Shown here in pieces: positions 32,116-42,325 of a stretch of 64,000 bases of DNA. The notes beneath the pieces were generated by a model that saw only the letters and a program-made list of their open reading frames with translations, was not told where the DNA came from and ran no database searches. The translations under genes and the position numbers were made by a program. Position 1 is the first letter of the stretch. Each line of letters starts with the position of its first letter. The DNA comes from an uncultured Methanoregulaceae archaeon (GTDB lineage Archaea > Halobacteriota > Methanomicrobia > Methanomicrobiales > Methanospirillaceae), in the NCBI GenBank assembly GCA_963841015.1, contig CAWJAX010000002.1:516347-580346 (forward strand). Reading direction: 5' to 3'.

Positions 32116-33027
32116 TTAATTTCCAAGAAGCCGTACCAGGAGCGCTTTCTGTGCGTGGAGCCGGTTTTCTGCCTCGTCCCAGACAAGGCTCTGGCCCCCT
32201 TCCATCACTTCATCAGCGATCTCCTGACCACGGTGAGCCGGAAGACAATGGAGCACCCGTGCATCCGGAGAGGCGTGGCGCATGAGCGCCGCATCCACGG
32301 TGTAATGGTGAAATACTTTCAGACGCTCTTCGCGTTCTTCATCATCACCCATCGAGATCCAGGTATCCGTGATGATGACATCCGCGTCCTTCACGGCTTG
32401 TTCCGGTTTCCTGACAAGGGTTACTTTCCCCCCAAGAGAATCAGCCTTCTTCACGATATCCACTGCCGGTTCATACCCTTTCGGTGTTGCCACCGTAACC
32501 TTCATGCCGGTGAGCACGGTCGAGAGAATCAGGGAGTTGCAGACATTGTTCCCATCTCCTACCCAGGCCACGTTCAGGTCATTTGTCGATCCGAAGTGCT
32601 CCCGTATTGTCATAATATCGGCAAGCAGCTGGCAGGGGTGCTCGAGATCGGAAAGGCCGTTAATCACGGGAATAGTGGCATGCCGTGCAAACTCTTCAAT
32701 CGTACTGTGTTTATAGGCACGGATCATCAGGCCAGAGACATACCGCGATGCAGCCCGTGCAGTATCGCGGATCTCCTCGCCCCGCCAGATCTGCATATCG
32801 CGGGCATTTAAAAAAAGGGCATGGCCTCCCAGTTCGTTCATTCCGACTTCAAATGAGATATGGGTCCGGGTTGAGGACTTCTCAAAGATCATGGCAAGGT
32901 TTTTCCCACGCAGCACATCGTGGACTTTCCCCTCTTTTTTCAGGGATTTAAGCTGGTCTGCTTCGCAAAGGATCTGCCCGAGCTCACCTTTGCTGACATC
33001 GAGAATTGACAGGAAATCCTTCTTCAT
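32116..33027 (-). CDS. argF: Ornithine carbamoyltransferase
   Basis: [36 protein letters not shown]. Confidence 0.97.
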   Translation of the reverse strand: MKKDFLSILDVSKGELGQILCEADQLKSLKKEGKVHDVLRGKNLAMIFEKSSTRTHISFEVGMNELGGHALFLNARDMQIWRGEEIRDTARAASRYVSGLMIRAYKHSTIEEFARHATIPVINGLSDLEHPCQLLADIMTIREHFGSTNDLNVAWVGDGNNVCNSLILSTVLTGMKVTVATPKGYEPAVDIVKKADSLGGKVTLVRKPEQAVKDADVIITDTWISMGDDEEREERLKVFHHYTVDAALMRHASPDARVLHCLPAHRGQEIADEVMEGGQSLVWDEAENRLHAQKALLVRLLGN

Positions 33028-34316
33028 CGTAACTCCTTCATGTGTGAAATACGGTGCTCGAGCAATGCTCTGGTTCCGATATCGCGCCGGTAGCGGACGT
33101 GGCCTTTGACCGCAGATGCCGACAGTTCCGCACGCTGTTCCGCTTCTTCAAGAGTTGAGCCAATGCCAACAAACGCAAGAGTCCGTGAGCCCAGGGTGGT
33201 GAGTTTCCCCTCCCGGTTCTCAACATTCGCGTAATAGAGGAGTGCGCCCGTCTGCGTTCCTATCGTTATGGGATCCCCCTTTGCGGGAGAATCCGGATAA
33301 CCAGAGGGTACAATATATTTGCAAACCGTTGCCGCCTTTTCAAAACATACGTCTGTTGCAGAAAGTGAACCCGTGGTAATTTTTACCACGATTTCTGAAA
33401 GATCCGAACTGAGCAGGGAAAGTACATTCATTGCCTCAGGATCACCGAAACGGGCATTAAATTCGATGACCTTAGGACCCCTTGCGGTATTCATGAACTG
33501 GCCGTACAGGATCCCCTTGTACGGATTTCCGGTTCTTTCCATGGCAGCAACAGTGGATCGCATAATCGCGAGTGCTTCCTGGTAATCTGTATCTGATACG
33601 AAGGGCAGCATATGGTCTGGCATAGAATACGATCCCATGCCCCCGGTGTTCGGTCCGAGGTCTCCATCGAACGCACGCTTGTGATCCTGGACAAGAGGCA
33701 TTGGGATCAGGTGGGCCCCATCAACAAATGCCTGCAGGGTGAACTCTTCCCCGATAAGACGTTCTTCAAGAACAACGCCCCCGGTCAGTGATTTCACATA
33801 CGCTATCGCTCCTGCCTTATCAACCTGTTCACCCAGAATCCTCACCCCTTTCCCACCGGTGAGCCCTATCGGTTTTATTGCGAGATCCTCGTCGTGATCC
33901 CTTATGAACAAAATCGCTTCTTTGGGGTTTTTAAAGACACGGTATTTGGGGCATCCGTCTATCCTGTGCAGTTCCATCATATCGCGGCAGAATGCCTTAT
34001 CTGTCTCAATTCTTGCCGCTGCACGCGATGGCCCTACACAATCGATACCAACAGATTCCAGCTGATCCACGATCCCAGCTTCAAGCGGTGCTTCGGGACC
34101 AATAAAAGCATATTCAACCCCGGTTTTTTGGGCATAGGATACAATACAGGAAATATCGGTTTCCTTACACAGTTTAACCTCCCTGGCAAGGTCGGAAATC
34201 CCGGGATTCCGGTTTCCCATGACGGAAAAAATTTCAGTTTCGCTGTTGCGGGCCAAAGCACTGACTATTGCGTGCTCCCTTCCTCCCCCGCCCACAACGA
34301 GTATTTTCATATCCAT
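33024..34316 (-). CDS. purD: Phosphoribosylamine-glycine ligase
   Basis: [37 protein letters not shown]. Confidence 0.97.
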   Translation of the reverse strand: MDMKILVVGGGGREHAIVSALARNSETEIFSVMGNRNPGISDLAREVKLCKETDISCIVSYAQKTGVEYAFIGPEAPLEAGIVDQLESVGIDCVGPSRAAARIETDKAFCRDMMELHRIDGCPKYRVFKNPKEAILFIRDHDEDLAIKPIGLTGGKGVRILGEQVDKAGAIAYVKSLTGGVVLEERLIGEEFTLQAFVDGAHLIPMPLVQDHKRAFDGDLGPNTGGMGSYSMPDHMLPFVSDTDYQEALAIMRSTVAAMERTGNPYKGILYGQFMNTARGPKVIEFNARFGDPEAMNVLSLLSSDLSEIVVKITTGSLSATDVCFEKAATVCKYIVPSGYPDSPAKGDPITIGTQTGALLYYANVENREGKLTTLGSRTLAFVGIGSTLEEAEQRAELSASAVKGHVRYRRDIGTRALLEHRISHMKELR

Positions 34317-34344
34317 GTACTCTCACGCTGGCAATAAAAATGAT

Positions 34345-34857
34345 TTACTGTTTTACGATCTCGCTGACTTTTACCAGCGAAAAAAGGCTCACTCCCTGTT
34401 TTTTCAGCAGCTCCTCTGCACCCTGCTCCCGGTCAACGACCGTCACAACACGATCGGCATGTGCTCCTGCATTACGTAGGGCATTGATTCCGTATATAGC
34501 CGATCCCCCGGAAGTTGTGACGTCTTCGACGAGCAGTACATTAATCTCTTTCACCTTGCCTATGATGACGTCTTTTTTCCCATGACTCTTTTCTGCCGCC
34601 CGGATGATTGCATAGGGTTTCTTTGCCACCATTGCGGTTGCAACAGCGATAGGAATTCCTCCAACTGCGACACCTGCCACCACATCGAATGAGTGTTTTT
34701 GTTCAATTACCGATGCAATGGCCAGAAGAAGATCCGGGTTGGTTACCGCGGATTTTACATCGATGTAGTACGGGCTCTTTTTACCGGAGGCGAGGGTGAA
34801 TTCGCCAAATTCGATTGCCTTATGCCTGATAAGCAGGTCTGCAATAGCATTCACCAT
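34345..34857 (-). CDS. pyrE: Orotate phosphoribosyltransferase
   Basis: FTLASGKKSPYYID and LLVEDVTTSGGS; start MVNAIAD overlaps the carS stop. Confidence 0.95.
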   Translation of the reverse strand: MVNAIADLLIRHKAIEFGEFTLASGKKSPYYIDVKSAVTNPDLLLAIASVIEQKHSFDVVAGVAVGGIPIAVATAMVAKKPYAIIRAAEKSHGKKDVIIGKVKEINVLLVEDVTTSGGSAIYGINALRNAGAHADRVVTVVDREQGAEELLKKQGVSLFSLVKVSEIVKQ

Positions 34858-35387
34858 GGAACCTCTTTGACTCTGAAATGATAACCTATGATATTTATTC
34901 CCCGGTGAAGGATGGGGGTGAGGATCAGGATGAGAACGAAGATCAGAAGGGTCATGTTTGCAAAAAGCCACTCAGGATCAAAGATCAGCACCATGAGCAG
35001 GGCACCTGCGACAAGGTCATACATGTCAGCGATCGGCCATTTCGATCCCCGTTCTTTTCCGAGTCTTCTTTTAAAGAAGCTCTTGCACAAATCGCCAAGG
35101 AGCGCTCCGGTTGCAAGTAAGGTAATTGACATAAAAGTCTGTTGTGGCAGATTCTCCCAACCATACGCTCCCGAGACACCTATCTGCACCAGTCCTATCC
35201 CGATCCCGGCAAAAATCCCGATGATCAGGCCGCGGTACGTTTTACCATCGCCAAATATCCTTTTTCCATCGGTAAAATTCCTTCCCAGGTCAATGGGGGT
35301 GCCTCCTCCGACGAGTGCAGCAATCGGGTTCGGGAGATAGGCCGGGAGCATTATCCAGACAGCCGATATCAATGATAGTATAAACAA
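34851..35387 (-). CDS. carS: CDP-archaeol synthase
   Basis: PAYLPN, GGTPID.G...DG.RIFGDGKTYRG, LGDLCKSFFKRR, IADMYD, C-terminal KEVPW. Start uncertain (35351-35387). Confidence 0.92.
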   Translation of the reverse strand: MFILSLISAVWIMLPAYLPNPIAALVGGGTPIDLGRNFTDGKRIFGDGKTYRGLIIGIFAGIGIGLVQIGVSGAYGWENLPQQTFMSITLLATGALLGDLCKSFFKRRLGKERGSKWPIADMYDLVAGALLMVLIFDPEWLFANMTLLIFVLILILTPILHRGINIIGYHFRVKEVPW

Positions 35388-35477
35388 ATCAACACTAATA
35401 ATGCAGCACTCCAATACCTGTAATAAACAGCAGATACAAACATTAAGGTTACTCAAACGAAATATTAGAGAACAATT

Positions 35478-36962
35478 GTGCAACGGGTGATATCAATGCT
35501 GATAAAAAAAACTCATAGTCTTTGTCCCACCTGCAATACCGTCATTGATGCGGACGTTGTGGAAGAAGACAACAGAATAATGCTCCATAGTACCTGCCCT
35601 GTGCATGGAACTTTTAAGAATCTGTATTGGTCAGACCCGGTGATGTATCACCGGTTCGACCGCTTCGGTGAGATAGGAACCGGTATTGAAAATCCCCAGA
35701 CTATTGCTCCTCCGGAAAGCTGCCCGTCTTCCTGTGGGTTGTGCAGCAATCACCATTCGCAGACCCTGCTGGCCAATATCGATCTTACAAACCGTTGCAA
35801 TCTTGACTGTGCATTCTGTTTTGCAAATGCCCGTGCATGCGGATTTGTGTATGAACCGGATTTTGATACAATTGTCCGTATGATGCAGGTCCTCCGTGCC
35901 CAGAAACCCGTTCCGGCTCCCGCCGTGCAGTTCTCAGGTGGTGAACCTACCATGCGCGAGGATTTGGTGGATATTATCAAAACGGCAAAACAGATGGGAT
36001 TCCCCCAGGTTCAGATTGCATCCAACGGTGTCCGGATCGCAAACGAACCTGGCTATGCTCAGCAGCTCAAGGATTCCGGGCTGAGTACTGTCTACCTCCA
36101 CTTTGACGGGGTTACACCGGCAACCAATCCCCTCCACAAAATCAATATGAAGGCAATCGAGAACCTTAAAGCAGTGCGTCTTGGGGTTGTTCTGGTTCCC
36201 ACCGTAATCCATGGAAAGAATGATCACGAACTTGGTGATATTATCCGGTTTGCCGTAGCCAATATTTCAGTAATCCGGGGTATAAACTTCCAGCCAATAG
36301 CGTTTACCGGGGCGGCAACCGATGATGATGTCAAAAAAATGCGCATAACCATTCCCGATCTTCTGAATGAAATTGAGACACAACTGGATGGAGTTCTCAA
36401 AAAGGATGATTTCTATCCCGTTCCCTGTGTTATCCCGTTTTCCGACCTTGTCGAGACCTATACCGGGCGACCTCAGATACGGTTCACTGCCCATCAGCAC
36501 TGCGGTGCAGCTACGTATGTGTTTGTCCAGAATGATGGCTCAATCGTTCCGGTAAACCGTATGGTAAATGTGGATAAGTTTTTTGAATCGATCGAACAGA
36601 TGACTGAAAAACTCAAAAAAGGTGGCACCATCAACAAATATGCTACCCTGTTGGAAGGCCTTAAAAATGTACACGAGTCGGTAAAGAAGGGTGAGCAGGC
36701 GAACACCACGGAGTTCTGGAAGATACTAGGAAAAACCCTCATCGGGCAGAACTTTGAGGCACTCAAAGAATTTCACTGGAATGCGCTTTTTATCGGTACT
36801 ATGCATTTTATGGACCGGTACAACTATGATCTCGACCGTGTCCAGCGGTGCTGCATCCATTATGCAACCCCTGAGGGAAAACTCATCCCCTTCTGCACCT
36901 ACAACAGTGGACCGGTTTATCGGGAACAGGTCTGGAAAAAATATGCACAATCAAAAGAATAA
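35478..36962 (+). CDS. tes: Radical SAM tetraether lipid synthase (Tes / GDGT-MAS family)
   Basis: N-terminal CPTC...CPVHG, CPSSCGLC..H, radical SAM motif CNLDCAFC, FSGGEPT, C-terminal RCCIHY...PFCTYN. Confidence 0.88.
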   Translation: MQRVISMLIKKTHSLCPTCNTVIDADVVEEDNRIMLHSTCPVHGTFKNLYWSDPVMYHRFDRFGEIGTGIENPQTIAPPESCPSSCGLCSNHHSQTLLANIDLTNRCNLDCAFCFANARACGFVYEPDFDTIVRMMQVLRAQKPVPAPAVQFSGGEPTMREDLVDIIKTAKQMGFPQVQIASNGVRIANEPGYAQQLKDSGLSTVYLHFDGVTPATNPLHKINMKAIENLKAVRLGVVLVPTVIHGKNDHELGDIIRFAVANISVIRGINFQPIAFTGAATDDDVKKMRITIPDLLNEIETQLDGVLKKDDFYPVPCVIPFSDLVETYTGRPQIRFTAHQHCGAATYVFVQNDGSIVPVNRMVNVDKFFESIEQMTEKLKKGGTINKYATLLEGLKNVHESVKKGEQANTTEFWKILGKTLIGQNFEALKEFHWNALFIGTMHFMDRYNYDLDRVQRCCIHYATPEGKLIPFCTYNSGPVYREQVWKKYAQSKE

Positions 36963-37072
36963 TCCTTTTTTTAACTCGGTAGCAAATGCAAAAAGCATCA
37001 CCCGGTTCGAAACAGTATCATGAATTATGGTAGTTTTTTATTCGTAATTCTTTTGGAATAATCCTGAAAACC

Positions 37073-37280
37073 TGCTCATAAGAAATGCTCTCCTCAGTAA
37101 AATAAAAAGCATTTTGTTCGACACAGGAGACCATGCCTGTTCCCATTCCCTTCCATCCCTGGGCTTAAACGCGATTGAGACGTAAGTCCTCATAAGTATA
37201 ATCGCATTGGGGGAGCCGAAGAGGCGGGGGGTGAAATCCCCGTGAGCGTTCAAGCTTTTTAAGAACATTTCCGCAGTGCC
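37073..37280 (-). mobile_element. Modular MITE copy (B)
   Basis: ATCGCATTGGGGGAGCC...GGGGTGAAATCCCCGTGAGCGTTCAAGC; end CATTTCCGCAGTGCC, i.e. TIR GGCACTGCGGAAAT. Confidence 0.72.
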
Positions 37281-37404
37281 AGTTTTTCTTCATTTTACCC
37301 GACATTCCCTCCGTAAGGGGATGCAACTGAAAGGGTGCAGGCAAATACAAGCCCTCACGAGCGGCGTAGTGAAAACGAGAGTTTCTTATAGTCTCTTATT
37401 CAGT

Positions 37405-37610
37405 GCAGGATGCAGGAATTGTAATCACTCTATTCGTCAATCACGATAAACGCCGCTGCCCCCGATGGGACGCCCCGCGGCGGATCGGTGAGCAAAACTG
37501 AATTAACCATCTGCCCCGCCATGCCTCGGGGAGGCCTGAGACGGGAATCTCTCATAGGGTAAAGATTTTCATGATTCGGTTAGACCGGATTGATTCAGGC
37601 CGGGTTTTTT
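37405..37610 (-). mobile_element. Modular MITE copy (A)
   Basis: CGCCGCTGCCCCCGATGGGACGCCCCGCGGCGGATC, GCCTCGGGGAGGC, GATTTTCATG. Confidence 0.7.
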
Positions 37611-37798
37611 TTTTAAAAACCTCTTTTTTTCTCACTGCCTTTGGTTCTTTGGTAATCGCATTCTCCTGGGAAAAATTGAGCAGTTTTCCCGCCAGACTTA
37701 CCATTAAGGGACAATTTAAGTAATTTTACAGGAAATATATAATTTATACCTATGATCAGGCATTCCATCATTTGTATGATTCATGGGGGTGCGTTTAC

Positions 37799-39032
37799 GT
37801 GTATTCACCAGATACTACCAAGTACCTTATTCACATCAGCCTCACTGCAGAGGGGGTGGTCGAGAAACCTGACGTAGTCGGTGCCATATTCGGACAGACT
37901 GAAGGGTTGCTCGGCGAAGATTTGGATCTGCGGGATCTCCAGAGAACGGGGCGTGTCGGACGTATTGACGTCCAGATAACCAGCAAAAAGGGCGAGACAA
38001 AAGGGGAGATTTTAATCTCTACCTCTCTTGATCGGGCAGAAACAGTCTATTCTTGCCGCCTCCCTCGAGACGATCGATCGTGTCGGGCCATGCATTGCGC
38101 ATGTAACGGTGGAATCCGTAGAGGATATCCGTGTTGTCAAGCGGAAAAAGATAGTCGAACGTGCAAAGGAGATCCTTCTTGACAGGTTCGAAGACGGAAC
38201 CATTGACAGCGATGAACTGCTGGATGATGTCCGGCAGAGCATGCGGGTTGAAAAAATCGGATCCGTTGGAGAGGAAAAGGTCCCGGCCGGCCCTCATGTC
38301 CTGGACTCGGATGCGATCATTATCGTTGAGGGAAGGGCTGATGTGCTGAACCTTCTTCGCTACGGTATAAAAAATGCCGTTGCGGTTGAAGGAACGCATA
38401 TACCCAAGATCGTAGAGGAGTTGTGCGGCAAGAAGACCGCGACAGCTTTCTTTGACGGGGATCGGGGGGGTGAGCTGATTCTGCGGGAGCTCCTGCAGGT
38501 CGCCGATATCGATTTTGTTGCGTTTTCTCCCAAAGGCAAAAGCGTGGAAGACATGGCCAGAAAGGAGGTCATCAAGACCCTTCGTAATAAAGTACCCGTT
38601 GAGTATATCCGGGACCAGTATTTCGAAAATCCTGAAGACCTTTCCCCGGAGTTCCGATTGGCCCGTGCTCCCGAAGAAGATAAGGAAAAAGGGGAAAAAA
38701 AGGGAAAATATTCTCCTGGTTCAAAGAGGTCACGGGAGGAAAATAAAGGACCACTAACCCTCCGGGATCATATCGATGATGTGAAGGGACACAGCCTTGC
38801 CCGATTCCTCACCGATGACCTGACCATAATCCAGGAACTGAAATCCGATGATGTGGAGAAAGCGGTCGAGACCGTAGACAGTTCAGTGAAAGGGCTTGTC
38901 GTCGACCGGACTATCGATCAGAAACTCCTTGACCGGCTGGTCGGGAAGGGATTCTCCTACGTTGCAGCGAAAGATTTCAAGGGAATAATAAAGCGTCCTT
39001 TGTCGATCCGTCTGATGAAAATGGGATCATAA
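37799..39032 (+). CDS. dnaG: Archaeal DnaG (exosome-associated primase-like protein), with a +1 frameshift near 38047
   Basis: GTG start [30 protein letters not shown], then [15 protein letters not shown] and TOPRIM motifs IIVEGRADV and DGDRGG. Confidence 0.93.
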
Positions 39033-39089
39033 TTTTTTGGCATATGTATTTAAGGTGCGTAAAACTACGTTATTGTCCGGAGTGGTTGT

Positions 39090-39371
39090 ATGCACAAAGA
39101 GGAACTGATCAATCTTCACCAGATGCTCTATGATGTAAAAGTCTATTTTGAATCCTTAAATCCGGAGCTTAAATTTTCCCAATACAACGCTTTAAAGATC
39201 ACACCCTCTCAGCAGCACAAGAGCAAGATGGAGCATAAACATGCGATCTTTGTACTCGGAACGGAAATTGCCAACGCTATGAAAGACGTAGATTACTCAT
39301 CTTCGAGCAGGATCTCGGCACGCATGAAGGAGCTTGCTGATAAAACGCTCAAAGAGATGGAATATCCATAA
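39090..39371 (+). CDS. UPF0058 family protein
   Basis: MHKEELINLHQML...HKSKMEHKHAIFVLG. Confidence 0.85.
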   Translation: MHKEELINLHQMLYDVKVYFESLNPELKFSQYNALKITPSQQHKSKMEHKHAIFVLGTEIANAMKDVDYSSSSRISARMKELADKTLKEMEYP

Positions 39372-39388
39372 AATTTTTTCACTTTTTT

Positions 39389-39889
39389 TGCTCTGGAGAA
39401 ACGGGCATGAACTCATCGGGTTCACTCCCGATCCATGAAAATCTTAATCAATACGATAGACTCCCGCCTCAGGGCCCTGCGAGGCACGGCGGGGCAGAGA
39501 CTTTTTTTTGAATTTTGCTTACCAATCCGCCGCCCCGGTACCCCGTCGGGGGCGGCGGCAATCATCGTGTCTGAGGCAGAGAGTAGCAGCAATCCCCATA
39601 TTATATCTGAATACGTTGATTTTCATGGGAAATGCTCAATTACAATCTAAACGCCCGGAGGGGGTTTCACTCCCGCCGCTGTGGCGACCCCGATGCGATA
39701 CCTCCCGAAGAGGTGCTACGTCATCATCGCTCAGCGCAGGGGCGGCATGGGGGGACAGGCACTGTCCCCTCCTTCATTCGTGCCAGCATCTTGAATTTCA
39801 TATCAAGGGAAAAGGAATTACCATGAAAAATCCACGGTTATTCATCATGATTGCCTGAGTCCGTGACTCATGTGCGTTTTTACAGAGCT
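39389..39889 (+). mobile_element. Full-length modular MITE (A+B+E, 501 bp); used as the reference copy
   Basis: Ends TGCTCTGGAGAAAC and GTTTTTACAGAGCT; flanks ACTTTTTT and ATTTTTTT; junction motifs at 39433, 39618 and 39821. Confidence 0.88.
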
Positions 39890-40162
39890 ATTTTTTTAAA
39901 AAACATTCTCCGGAGCCTCGCCTCCAACCAGCTCATCCCCAAGTGCTAAATAGCAAAAAACAAAAAGAATACTGCCGATACAGCGCATCCATAGGTCCCC
40001 GGGTGATTGATTGACAAGCGTCTGTATATGATCCACGGGACAACCCGGATGCGCGACAGGCAACGCCCGGCAGGGTTTAAACACAGGTGAAGAACGGCAG
40101 CACGCCACTGGTGATCCATGTGCGTTTATGCCGGGCAACATTCCTTTCAGACGGTTGAGTCC

Positions 40163-40483
40163 ATGCCAGATTTTGCTGATGCTCTTTTGGAAGACCGGCA
40201 TGGAACGATTATTGCACTGGAGGTTACTACCGGTGCAAAGAACGATTCCTTTCCTGCAGGCTACAACGTGTGGCGCAGGACAATCGGTTGCCGTGTCACG
40301 GCCATGGCGGTGGAGGGGAAGGCAAACCGTGCAATAATTTCCCTTGTTTCAGAGAGACTCGCTCTACCCGCCACGAGCGTGAGCATTCTATCCGGTATAA
40401 CCTCCTCCCAAAAACGGGTACTGGTGACAGGGATCGATAAAAAAGAACTCCTTGATCGATTAAACGGCACTTCAGGATGGTAA
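40163..40483 (+). CDS. DUF167 / UPF0235 family protein
   Basis: AVEGKANRAII...VSILSGITSSQKRVLV. Confidence 0.85.
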   Translation: MPDFADALLEDRHGTIIALEVTTGAKNDSFPAGYNVWRRTIGCRVTAMAVEGKANRAIISLVSERLALPATSVSILSGITSSQKRVLVTGIDKKELLDRLNGTSGW

Positions 40484-40493
40484 TGTTTTTCCC

Positions 40494-40928
40494 GGTCGTG
40501 GAGAATGGAACATTGAATCGAGTTCGAACGCAGAACCATGAAAACCATACTTTATACGAAAGGTCTCCGCTTCAGGATTTTTTGAGGCATGGCGGGCAAG
40601 AGTTTTTGAATTTATTCGTTCCCGGTCCGCCGCGGGGACGCCTTGTTTTGGGGCGGCGGTATTCATCGTACAGGATGAAGTGAAGAGTTCCAACTCTCGC
40701 ATCATAATTGAATATTATGTTTTTCTCAGGAAATTTTTTTTTACTCTGGTATGAATTTCAAAACACTGCTACAATGACGGAGGGTACAATACCTGTCCAT
40801 CATGGACTGCCCCTATGCCAAGTGTGAGGTGACGAAATACCTGTTTGGGGAATTATTGCATTCTTGGCGCCAAAAAGCGGGAGTGAAACCCCAAGGAGCG
40901 TTCAGATTTTAAAATATTTTTACTAGCC
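40494..40928. mobile_element. Modular MITE copy with module B inverted relative to module A
   Basis: A in the 39389 orientation (40494-40730) followed by B in reverse (GCGGGAGTGAAACCCCAAGGAGCGTTCAG at about 40877-40905); TIR-like ends GGTCGTGGAGAA and TTTTACTAGCC. Confidence 0.68.
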
Positions 40929-40976
40929 TGAAATGTCTCCTCCTGATACAATTTTTTGCTCAATTCCTATTGGTGA

Positions 40977-41912
40977 TCAGGGAAACGGAAGATCAAATGT
41001 TTTTCCGTGTTTCATGGCAATCTTGGCAATCGCGAGATCCTGGATAGCCAGACCCGTGGAATCAAAGAGGGTGATGGTATCCGGGCTTGCCCTTTTTTTT
41101 CTGCCGGTCACTACTTCACCAAGAGTTCCGGCAATGTCTGTTGCACGGTAAATCCCGTTGCTAATCGGTACGTTAATCTCACCTGAATGGATTGCCTGTG
41201 CAGGATCATCAACAAAAACCTGTGCACGTTTGAGAAGGGATGGATCAAGTTCCTCTTTTCCCGGTGCGTCCGCCCCAATGGCATTGATATGGGTTCCTTT
41301 GTGGATCCATTCACTTCTGATAATCGGGCTCGTTGAGGGTGTAGTGGTAACAAGTACATCACAATCGCAGGTATTTTCCAGCGAAGATGCGACACAGGGA
41401 AATTCCATAAACCTGTCAGCAAATTTCCTGACATGTTCAGGATCGCGACTCCAAACCTTGATCTGTCTGATTTTTAGCTCCCGGGAGATAGCCGTAACCT
41501 GTGCCTGCGCCTGCCTGCCGGTACCAATAACCCCGAGCACAATCTCTTTTCTGGCAGACAGGTATTTTGCCGCTATGGCACCTGCTGCCCCGGTTCGCAT
41601 ATCAGTAAGCCGTGTCGCATTGATCACTGCAGTAGGCTGGCCGGTATCAATATCAAGGATCACGGTAAGTGCCATTACGGTAGGAAACCCTTTTGCCGGA
41701 TTACCGGGATGGACATTCACAATTTTCACACCAGCAATAGCCAGAGAGGGGAGGTAGGCCGGCATCGTCCTGAAGTCCCCGTCCGGAAGAGTGATGTACA
41801 CTTTTGGGGGCATTTCGACAAGTCCCTTCCCATGATCAGAAAATGCCGATTCCACAGCCATATTGACCTCCCCGATATCAAGCCCCATATCCGTGTCGGT
41901 AAAATACTGCAT
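40977..41912 (-). CDS. Archaeal alanine dehydrogenase / ornithine cyclodeaminase (mu-crystallin) family
   Basis: MPPKVY, GDFRTMPAY, KIVNVHPGN, LTDMRTGAAG, GTGRQA, FDSTGLAIQD. Confidence 0.88.
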   Translation of the reverse strand: MQYFTDTDMGLDIGEVNMAVESAFSDHGKGLVEMPPKVYITLPDGDFRTMPAYLPSLAIAGVKIVNVHPGNPAKGFPTVMALTVILDIDTGQPTAVINATRLTDMRTGAAGAIAAKYLSARKEIVLGVIGTGRQAQAQVTAISRELKIRQIKVWSRDPEHVRKFADRFMEFPCVASSLENTCDCDVLVTTTPSTSPIIRSEWIHKGTHINAIGADAPGKEELDPSLLKRAQVFVDDPAQAIHSGEINVPISNGIYRATDIAGTLGEVVTGRKKRASPDTITLFDSTGLAIQDLAIAKIAMKHGKTFDLPFP

Positions 41913-42137
41913 GAGCGATTATCGATCGTGATCTGATTTTAACATATCTTCATTCACGGGATTCCTTTGTAGCAGAACAGGATATGAAAAAGCACTGGTA
42001 ATTCTGGGGGTTCTGTTTTGGGGAACCAGTTCGGCAGAGGCAAAACCCCTGCGTGTCTTATCTGGGTATTTGAGTATGACTTCTGAACATTGTACTATTC
42101 AGAAATAATCGGGAAATTTACCCCTCTCTCCTCATAC

Positions 42138-42250
42138 TCGATAATTGCCGCCTCCCCTTATGGCGCACCCTCCTGGAGGAGCGGTGAGGCTATCAGGAGG
42201 GAGGATTCCTGAACCGGATCGATTTTCATGGTTACTACCGTGAACTCCCA
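42138..42250 (-). repeat. Highly degenerate module A remnant
   Basis: CGATAATTGCCGCC...GATTTTCATGGTT...GTGAAC, matching 618-760. Confidence 0.5.
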
Positions 42251-42325
42251 AGGCCCCACCCCGTTTCACCATAACAACAAGACCAGATTGCAAAGAAACA
42301 GCAATGATGAAACACACCTGGCGAC

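Noticed and set aside
37290-37390. GC-rich stems between two MITE copies, and similar stretches at 40030-40120 and 42005-42055
   Set aside because: Short, single-copy in this window, with no recognisable RNA family motif.
37799-39032. Programmed frameshift or pseudogene in dnaG
   Set aside because: There is a single extra base near 38047 with no slippery site, and similar isolated indels occur in unrelated genes, so a sequencing error is more likely.
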